A stretch of DNA of 19,610 nucleotides, taken from assembly GCA_041694835.1 (NCBI GenBank), contig JBGFRZ010000027.1:1-19610 (forward strand), read 5' to 3'. The notes beneath the pieces are model-generated. The model made no database searches and was not told the origin of the DNA. It worked only from the letters and a program-made list of their open reading frames with translations. This stretch comes from Ignavibacteria bacterium. Lineage in GTDB: Bacteria; Elusimicrobiota; Endomicrobiia; PHAN01. The position numbers were made by a program, and so were the translations under genes. Below, piece after piece: positions 7,051 through 13,394 of the stretch (positions are counted from its first letter, which is position 1; each line of letters opens with the position of its first letter).

Positions 7051-7668
7051 ATGAAAATCAAACCTGACCAATTGGCTTATTGGTATTTTAGGTTGAATGG
7101 TTTTTTGACAACAACTAATTTCATTGTGCATCCAGACCATAATGGGATGCAACGCACTGAAATTGATATTTTGGGCGTCAGATTTCCATATAGAGCAGAA
7201 CTTCTTGAAAATCCTATGAAAGACGATACAATCTTTATCAGTTTAGATAAGCCGTGTGTAGTGATTGCTGAAATAAAAAATGGAATGTGTGATTTAAATG
7301 GTCCCTGGACAAAACCGAAAGAGAAAAATATGCAAAGAGTATTAAAAGGGATGGGAGTTTTTGAGCAAGATATTATTGACACGGTCGCAGATAAACTTTA
7401 TCGAGTCGGCTTTTTTGAAAACAATTCGTACTATTTATCACTTTTTTGTATTGGTAGAAATGAAAATTCCAGCATAAGAGAAAAGTATCCTAAAGTTCAA
7501 CAGCAAACTTGGAAAAATATTTTACAATTTATTTATGATAGGTTCGAAGGTTATAAACTGCAAAAAGCAGTACATAATCAGTGGGATGAAGCAGGTCAAG
7601 ATCTATGGAAAAGTTTTGAAACGAGTTCTTGCTTAGAGGAATTTATTGAAAAGTTTAGACACATATGA
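7051..7668 (+). CDS. Hypothetical protein with a PD-(D/E)xK nuclease-like motif
   Basis: 205-aa ORF with pattern LAYWYFRLNGF...TEIDILGVR...VIAEIK, matching the helix / E-x-D / E-x-K layout of restriction-endonuclease-like folds. Confidence 0.65.
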   Translation: MKIKPDQLAYWYFRLNGFLTTTNFIVHPDHNGMQRTEIDILGVRFPYRAELLENPMKDDTIFISLDKPCVVIAEIKNGMCDLNGPWTKPKEKNMQRVLKGMGVFEQDIIDTVADKLYRVGFFENNSYYLSLFCIGRNENSSIREKYPKVQQQTWKNILQFIYDRFEGYKLQKAVHNQWDEAGQDLWKSFETSSCLEEFIEKFRHI

Positions 7669-7674
7669 CAATGT

Positions 7675-7786
7675 TTAGTGGCGGTCCGATCTCGCCCTTG
7701 GTGGGATAGTCGCCATTTCCCCCGCACTTTGCGGGGTTTAGCGGCATACAGAACACACCCCCCGGACCCCTCTTGATAGAGGGGAA
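7675..7786. repeat. Cluster of short GC-rich hairpins
   Basis: TGGCG..ATCTCGCC-ctt-GGTGGGAT..CGCCA (about 7680..7716), CCCCGCA-ctt-TGCGGGG (about 7721..7736), and ACACACCCCCCGGA followed by CCCCTCT-tgat-AGAGGGG (7753..7784). Confidence 0.7.
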
Positions 7787-7811
7787 ACGTGCGATGATAG
7801 TCCCGATAGGT

Positions 7812-8017
7812 GAGACCGCTGAAAAACCCCCTGATTTGTCATTACGAGGAGTCCCGCACATTTTGTCATTGCGACCACGAGTGAAGCGTGGTGGGAAGCA
7901 ATCTCGTTTTTGAAAATATGCGGGATAAACTCCGCGACGAAGTAATCCAGTTCGTGAACTGGATTGCCACGGCTTCGCCTCGCAATGACAGATTGTAGTG
8001 CAGGTCGGGACAGTCTC
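7812..8017. repeat. MITE-like element with IS-like ends carrying nested GTCATTGCGA...GAAGCAATC...CTCGCAATGAC palindromes
   Basis: Begins GAGACCGCTGAAAAACCC (16/18 to the window-end repeat) and ends GACAGTCTC. Outer palindrome GTCATTACGAGG (7838) ... CCTCGCAATGAC (7989). An inner half copy lies between TCCCGCACATTTT (7852..7864) and AAAATATGCGGGA (7913..7925). Confidence 0.75.
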
Positions 8018-8120
8018 CGAACGCAGAGAAAAAGTGTCAGTGATTAAAGACACTGACAACTTTGTTGTCTCCGCGTGCTCTGCGGTCGGAGTTTGTCCCG
8101 AAAGCAAAGCGTATTGGGAC
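8015..8120. repeat. Long hairpin plus small hairpin upstream of the DUF4321 gene
   Basis: CTCCGA-a-CGCAGAG ... CTCTGCG-g-TCGGAG (8015..8091) with inner TGTCAGTG-attaaaga-CACTGACA; then GTCCC...GGGAC (8095..8120). Confidence 0.7.
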
Positions 8121-8141
8121 GGTGAAATATCATAGGAGGAA

Positions 8142-8420
8142 ATGATGGCGTTAAACAAGAATATAGTTTATTTTGTAGTCGTTATTGTCGTGGGAGCGTT
8201 GCTTGGGACATTTCTTGGGGAATTCCTTGCGCTCGTTATTCCCGACGGAAACTTCAAGGATTTATTTGCAAAAAATATAGAGGCGGGACTTCATCCCGCG
8301 CGCCTTGATTTAAGGGTGATAGAGTTTACATTCGGATGTATTTTTAAATTCAACATAACATCCGTCGTTGGCATAATTTTTGCGGCTTACATATTCCGTG
8401 TCATCAACAAACCCCGTTAG
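8142..8420 (+). CDS. DUF4321-family small membrane protein
   Basis: GALLGTFLGE...LDLRVIEFTFG...NITSVVGIIFA pattern. SD AGGAGG just upstream (spacing favours the second ATG at 8145). Sits directly before maf. Confidence 0.8.
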   Translation: MMALNKNIVYFVVVIVVGALLGTFLGEFLALVIPDGNFKDLFAKNIEAGLHPARLDLRVIEFTFGCIFKFNITSVVGIIFAAYIFRVINKPR

Positions 8421-8475
8421 AAATATTTGATGATTTACAGTATCCATTAAAACTTTCAATTTTCTCTTAATCATA

Positions 8476-9066
8476 ATGACAATTTCTAACGGGGTAAATA
8501 GAACAATTATACTCGCATCAAACTCACCGAGAAGAAAAGAAATACTTAAAAATCTTGGATTGAGTTTTGTTGTCGTTTCACCGGACATAAAAGAATATTC
8601 GCCCTACAAAACCCCCCATAAAATTGTTACGGATATCGCCGCAAAAAAGGCGCTTCGTGTATCGGAAAAAATCGGAAGGAAAAACGCATTGATAATTTCC
8701 GCCGATACGATTGTTGTATTGAAGGGGGAAATAATAGGCAAACCAACCTCTCGACGGGATGCCGTAAGGATTCTCTCAAAACTCTCGGGGACAAAACACA
8801 AGGTATATACGGGCATTGCTATACTTGAAAAGAGGAGCGGGAAGTTGCTTTCCGGTTACGCTCTCTCAGGCGTCAAGATGAGGAGGCTAACCGAAGGAGA
8901 AATAATCGGCGTTTCAAAAAAACATCTTGATAAGGCAGGGGGATATGCCGTTCAGGAGAAATCCGATGCTTTCGTCGAAAAGATTGAGGGAGATTATTTC
9001 AATGTCGTAGGGTTGCCGCTCAAGCTTCTTGCCGCGATGTTGAGGAAATTCGGCATCGCAATCTAA
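8476..9066 (+). CDS. maf: Maf-family nucleoside triphosphate pyrophosphatase (YhdE-like)
   Basis: IILASNSPRRKEIL, ISADTIV...GKP, HKVYTG, DKAGGYAVQ and EGDYFNVVGLP. Confidence 0.95.
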   Translation: MTISNGVNRTIILASNSPRRKEILKNLGLSFVVVSPDIKEYSPYKTPHKIVTDIAAKKALRVSEKIGRKNALIISADTIVVLKGEIIGKPTSRRDAVRILSKLSGTKHKVYTGIAILEKRSGKLLSGYALSGVKMRRLTEGEIIGVSKKHLDKAGGYAVQEKSDAFVEKIEGDYFNVVGLPLKLLAAMLRKFGIAI

Positions 9067-9752
9067 GTCGCTTTATGGAAGACTTTTATCTTAACCGTTT
9101 GGTTCAAATGCTTTATATATTCGCTAAAAACCGAGTTTGCGACTTCCTGTTTGTATGTCTGATAATATTGCTGTTTTTCCTTTTCCCACTCCTTCGTTTT
9201 TTGTGGAAATTTTTCGATAAAATCTTTATATGCTTCCTGTTCGGGAACATATATAGCGACGGATATAAAATGCCGCAGCTTGAGAAACGCTATCTGCCTT
9301 CTCCTGAAATCCTCAAACTCTGAAGGCGTTGTTCTTAGTACCCTTCTTAAAAATTCATAATAAATTCGCGGATCAAACTGGCCATCTCTCTGGAATGCGG
9401 GAAATTGTCTTATGTTGCCCGAGAGCTCTTTGTCTGACACGGTAATTCCGAATTTTTGGGACTCCTGCCAGAACACTTCATCCTGAAGCAGATCTTGGAT
9501 TACTTCCACTTCGACCTGTTTTAAAACTTCAGGGGTAAGTTCAACATTCCTCTGTTTTAATGATTCAAGAGATCTGTTGTAAAAAAAGTTGTATCTTTGA
9601 TAGGAGATTTTTTTTCCGTTGACCTCAGCCACCACCCCGCCCCCGACGTCGCCAAAAAAATAACCGCCGAAACCGATGAAGGTTCCGGCTACAAAAACGA
9701 TGACCGTTGCAATAAATATGTTGCGCCTATGTTTTCTCAGAAAATCCATCAT
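9063..9752 (-). CDS. SurA N-terminal domain protein (PpiD-like membrane-anchored chaperone, no obvious PPIase domain)
   Basis: MMDFLRKH plus a TM helix, VAEVNGKKIS, GITVSDKEL and FPAFQRDGQFDPRIY, typical of the PpiD N-terminus. Convergent with maf with a 4-bp overlap. Confidence 0.85.
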   Translation of the reverse strand: MMDFLRKHRRNIFIATVIVFVAGTFIGFGGYFFGDVGGGVVAEVNGKKISYQRYNFFYNRSLESLKQRNVELTPEVLKQVEVEVIQDLLQDEVFWQESQKFGITVSDKELSGNIRQFPAFQRDGQFDPRIYYEFLRRVLRTTPSEFEDFRRRQIAFLKLRHFISVAIYVPEQEAYKDFIEKFPQKTKEWEKEKQQYYQTYKQEVANSVFSEYIKHLNQTVKIKVFHKAT

Positions 9753-9760
9753 ATTCTATA

Positions 9761-9789
9761 ATAATACCAAATTTAGTTTAAAAATGCAA
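9761..9789 (-). promoter_or_regulatory. sigma70-type promoter for the SurA-N gene, probably leaderless
   Basis: - strand TTGCAT (9789..9784), 17 bp, TG-n-TATTAT (9766..9761). The ATG at 9752 is only 8 nt further on and has no SD. Confidence 0.6.
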
Positions 9790-9805
9790 GATGTGATTCG
9801 TTGAT

Positions 9806-9834
9806 TTGACATCGCTAAAATAAAATGATAAAAT
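9806..9834 (+). promoter_or_regulatory. sigma70-type promoter for the cold-shock gene
   Basis: TTGACA (9806..9811), 17 bp, TG-n-TAAAAT (9829..9834). Confidence 0.75.
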
Positions 9835-9893
9835 GTCGTTGTTCCGATATATTTCGGAGCGGAATGTTAATAAAAAAGGTGGTGAGTTGTTAG

Positions 9894-10094
9894 GTGAAAG
9901 GTAAAGTTAAGTGGTTTAATGACAAGAAAGGTTTTGGGTTCATCGCGAAGGAAGATGGTTCCGGAGATGTTTTCGCTCATTACAGCGACATTCAGACGCC
10001 TGGCTACAGGACTCTTGCCGAGGGCGACACGGTCGAGTTCGAGGTAATAGAGTCGGATAAAGGCCCAAAGGCTGTGAAAGTAGTCAAGGTTTAA
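9894..10094 (+). CDS. Cold-shock protein (CspA family)
   Basis: [16 protein letters not shown] (RNP1), DVFAHYS (RNP2) and KGPKA; 66 aa; GTG start. Confidence 0.97.
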   Translation: MKGKVKWFNDKKGFGFIAKEDGSGDVFAHYSDIQTPGYRTLAEGDTVEFEVIESDKGPKAVKVVKV

Positions 10095-10118
10095 GGCTGT
10101 TGTCTTTAAGCCAATCAT

Positions 10119-10184
10119 CCCCGCTCATCCTATTGATTAGCAAGCATGTTTTGCGCGATTTTTGGGAAGAGCGGGGTTCTTTTT
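10119..10184 (+). terminator. Probable intrinsic terminator with an unusually large loop after the csp gene
   Basis: CCCCGCTCATCC (10119..10130) pairs with GGAAGAGCGGGG (10165..10176), 11/12, followed by TTCTTTTT. Confidence 0.6.
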
Positions 10185-10205
10185 ATAGGTATTATTTGAT
10201 ATAAT

Positions 10206-10603
10206 GAGATTATGAAAAAGTTCTTCTACCACCTAAGACTCAGAGAAAAATGAGAACTTCACAGAAAAATCACCCACGAAGATGTGAGTTCTGTGTTATT
10301 AAAACTCTGAACCACGAAGACACGAGAGCACGAAAGACACTTTATCCGTGTTAATCCGTGTTCTTGGATTTTTAGTCTTTTTTATTTTAGCCACTGAGTA
10401 CACTGAGTTTTTTATCTGCATTTATCTGCGTCCGGTTAGTTTTTATTCTTTTATTTTTTAGGACGCAGATTTTCAGGATTTTCACGGATAAAAATTAAAA
10501 CTTAATCGGCGACTGTTCCCGAACGATGTTGTCGGGGGTTCATCTGTGATATAATTTTCTCTGTGTTCTTGGTGCCTCTGCGGTGAGGTTTTTAAGCGGT
10601 CTC
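10206..10603. mobile_element. 398-bp MITE-like element upstream of secA, flanked by 5-bp direct repeats
   Basis: ATAAT at 10201..10205 and 10604..10608. Ends GAGATTATGAAAAAG and (reverse complement) GAGACCGCTTAAAAAC. Imperfect arm complementarity over about 60 bp. Interior is rich in 9-10-nt repeats (CACGAAGACACGAGAGCACGAA, ATCCGTGTTAATCCGTG, ATCTGCATTTATCTGCGTCC). No ORF. Confidence 0.65.
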
Positions 10604-10634
10604 ATAATCTAAAAATTGGGCTTGAGCGGAAATT

Positions 10635-13325
10635 ATGTTAAAACTGCTTGTAGACAAAATCTTCGGGACGAAAAGCGAAAGGGACATCAAAAAAATATGG
10701 CATATTTTGGAAGTCGTAAACTCGTTTGAAAGCGAGGTGTCTCAACTTACCGACGAAGAGCTTAAACTGAAAACCGACGACTTCAAAAATCGTCTCAGTA
10801 AAGGCGAATCTCTTGATGATATACTCCCCGAGGCTTTTGCCGTTGTCAGGGAATCGGGCAAGCGATTTATAAGCCTCAGGCATTTCGATGTTCAGATACT
10901 CGGCGGCGTCATTCTTCATCAGGGAAAGATCGCCGAGATGAAAACAGGAGAAGGAAAGACGCTTGTCGCCACACTTTCCGCATATCTAAACGCCCTTCAT
11001 GGACAAGGGGTTCATATAGTCACCGTAAACGACTATCTCGCCAGAAGGGACCGCTTCTGGATGGGTCCCGTCTATGAAAATTTAGGACTGTCAGTCGGAT
11101 ATATTCAGCATGACATGGAGAACGAAGCGAGAAGGGAAGCTTACAAATGCGATATAACCTATGTGACGAATAATGAAGTCGGTTTCGATTATCTCCGCGA
11201 CAATATGGTGATAAGAAAAGAAGACAGGGTTATAAGGGGTATGAGCTATGCAATTGTTGACGAGGTTGACTCGATTTTGATAGACGAGGCAAGAACCCCT
11301 CTGATAATATCAGGCCCCGCTGAAGAATCGACTCAAAAGTATGCCGCAGTTGAAAAATTGCACCCTTATTTGAAAGGAAGAAAAATAACCGAAGCCGAAG
11401 AGATAGAAGCGAAGCAAAAAGGGATAGATCTGGGGATAGGCTACGATTACATCTCCGACGAAAAACATCACTCGGTAACGCTGACCGACGAGGGAATAAA
11501 GAAGTGCGAAAATCTTCTCAGGTTAAAATCGCTTTACGACGATGTCCAGGGCGAGTGGGTTCATCATATAACCCAGATGCTTAAAGCCCACGAATTTTTT
11601 CACAAAGATGTGCATTACATAGTTAAGGACGGAGAGGTTGTTATCGTAGACGAGTTTACGGGACGTCTTATGCCCGGAAGAAGATGGTCGGAGGGGCTAC
11701 ATCAGGCGGTTGAAGCCAAAGAGCGAATGAGAGTTGCCGAAGAGAACCAGACGCTTGCTACGATCACCTTCCAGAATTATTTCAGGATGTACAAAAAGCT
11801 CGCGGGTATGACGGGTACGGCTATGACGGAGGCGCAGGAATTTTGGGAGATATACAAGCTTGATGTGGTAGAGATACCCACTCACAACCGGATGATAAGG
11901 ACAGATCAGCCCGATGCGATATACAGGACCGAAAGGGAAAAAATAAATGCCATAGTTGAAGAAATCACTAATCTCTGGAAAGCATGCGTCCCCGTTCTCG
12001 TCGGTACCCGCTCAATAGAAAAAAACGAAAAACTCGCTGCGATTTTGAGAAAAAAAGGAATTCCGTGCCAGGTTCTGAATGCGAAATATCATGAACAGGA
12101 GGCACACATCATAGCACAAGCCGGCAAGAAGGGAACGGTGACCATAGCGACCAACATGGCCGGCCGTGGGACGGATATACTGCTGGGCGGAAATCCTCAG
12201 TCAATTGAAGAGGCGGGTTACATAAAGGAAAACGGCGGACTGCACGTTGTTGGAACCGAGCGACACGAATCCCGAAGAATAGATAATCAGTTAAGGGGCC
12301 GCTGTGGCCGTCAGGGCGACCCCGGGGTCTCAAAGTTCTTCATATCTCTCGAAGATGAACTTATGAGGCTTTTTGGCTCCGAAAGGATTTCGTCCATCAT
12401 GGGTCGATTCGGCATGGCCGAGGGGGAGGTTATAGAGCATCCGTGGATTTCGAAGGCCATAGAGAACGCACAGAGAAAAGTAGAAATGATGAACTTCGAC
12501 ATAAGAAAACAGTTGCTTGATTTCGACAATGTCATGAACAAACAGAGGGAGGCGGTTTATTCCCTCAGAAATGAGCTCCTTGACGGCGCTGATGTAAAAA
12601 CTCAGATCGAAGATATGCTCGCCGAGTCGATTGATGAAAAAATTGAACTCTGGGCTTCCGCCAAATATCCTGAAAGCTACGACTGGCCGTCTCTTAACGC
12701 ATGGTACAATAAACTTATAGGAGAATCTTTCGACAAATCTCTAACGGCCGGGACAGATGCCGTAAAATTGAGGGAGTATCTGACGGAAAAAGTTTTTGCG
12801 GGATACAAAAAAAGAGAAGACGAACTGACAGCGGAAGTTATAAGAGACCTGGAGCGTCTTATACTTCTTCAGATGATAGACAACGCGTGGAAAGAGCATC
12901 TCTACGACCTTGATCAGATAAAGAAGGGCATCGGTCTGCGCGCATACGGTCAGCGGGATCCTCTGATAGAATACCAGAAAGAATCGCTTGCTCTTTTTGA
13001 GCAGATGATGAGGCGCATAAGAGAGGCCACCGTTGAATATATATTCAGGGTCAGGGTTGTAATTCCTCCGCCAGCTGTCATTCCCGCTCGTGTCCGCCAG
13101 CAAAAGCAGTCAGTCACGATGGAAGGTCTTGTCGCCACCGAAAAGCCATCATTTCCTGTGGTTTCCCAGCCAGATTTTGTGCAAAAACAACAGCCGTCGG
13201 CACAGAAGAATCCCATCCCTACTCAGCCCTCTAAAGTCGGAAGGAACGACCCCTGTCCATGCGGAGCGACTCGTCCGGATGGAAGCCCCAAAAAATATAA
13301 ACACTGCTGTGGAAAGAGCGTGTAA
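10635..13325 (+). CDS. secA: Preprotein translocase subunit SecA
   Basis: MKTGEGKT, DEVDSILIDEARTPLIIS, ATNMAGRGTDI, GTERHESRRIDNQLRGR and C-terminal SEC-C (GRNDPCPCG...KKYKHCCG). Confidence 0.99.
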   Translation: MLKLLVDKIFGTKSERDIKKIWHILEVVNSFESEVSQLTDEELKLKTDDFKNRLSKGESLDDILPEAFAVVRESGKRFISLRHFDVQILGGVILHQGKIAEMKTGEGKTLVATLSAYLNALHGQGVHIVTVNDYLARRDRFWMGPVYENLGLSVGYIQHDMENEARREAYKCDITYVTNNEVGFDYLRDNMVIRKEDRVIRGMSYAIVDEVDSILIDEARTPLIISGPAEESTQKYAAVEKLHPYLKGRKITEAEEIEAKQKGIDLGIGYDYISDEKHHSVTLTDEGIKKCENLLRLKSLYDDVQGEWVHHITQMLKAHEFFHKDVHYIVKDGEVVIVDEFTGRLMPGRRWSEGLHQAVEAKERMRVAEENQTLATITFQNYFRMYKKLAGMTGTAMTEAQEFWEIYKLDVVEIPTHNRMIRTDQPDAIYRTEREKINAIVEEITNLWKACVPVLVGTRSIEKNEKLAAILRKKGIPCQVLNAKYHEQEAHIIAQAGKKGTVTIATNMAGRGTDILLGGNPQSIEEAGYIKENGGLHVVGTERHESRRIDNQLRGRCGRQGDPGVSKFFISLEDELMRLFGSERISSIMGRFGMAEGEVIEHPWISKAIENAQRKVEMMNFDIRKQLLDFDNVMNKQREAVYSLRNELLDGADVKTQIEDMLAESIDEKIELWASAKYPESYDWPSLNAWYNKLIGESFDKSLTAGTDAVKLREYLTEKVFAGYKKREDELTAEVIRDLERLILLQMIDNAWKEHLYDLDQIKKGIGLRAYGQRDPLIEYQKESLALFEQMMRRIREATVEYIFRVRVVIPPPAVIPARVRQQKQSVTMEGLVATEKPSFPVVSQPDFVQKQQPSAQKNPIPTQPSKVGRNDPCPCGATRPDGSPKKYKHCCGKSV

Positions 13326-13339
13326 TTTTTTATCTCATA

Positions 13340-13378
13340 CGGGGCGAAGTTCTGATGTGTTCTCTCGGAACGGCCCCG
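13340..13378. other. Intergenic stem-loop between secA and lnt
   Basis: CGGGGC/GCCCCG outer stem and GTTCTGA/TCGGAAC inner stem. T-run before and A-run after, so not a canonical terminator on either strand. Confidence 0.55.
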
Positions 13379-13394
13379 GGAAAAAATATAAAAA

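Noticed and set aside
7660..7748. Resemblance to an integron attC site after the nuclease-like gene (ATATGAC ... GTTTAGCGGC)
   Set aside because: Neither the AAC nor the GTTRRRY core is exact, the ends are not complementary, and there is no integrase or second site.
7669..8141. tRNA, tmRNA, RNase P or SRP RNA in the GC-rich intergenic region
   Set aside because: No cloverleaf with a T-loop (GTTCRA..C) or other signature motif was found; the hairpins are explained by repeat families.
7655..8158. 167-aa - strand ORF spanning the repeat cluster
   Set aside because: It translates palindromic repeats (CHCEAKPWQS, RDCFPPRFTRGRND), has no recognisable domain and overlaps both neighbouring genes.
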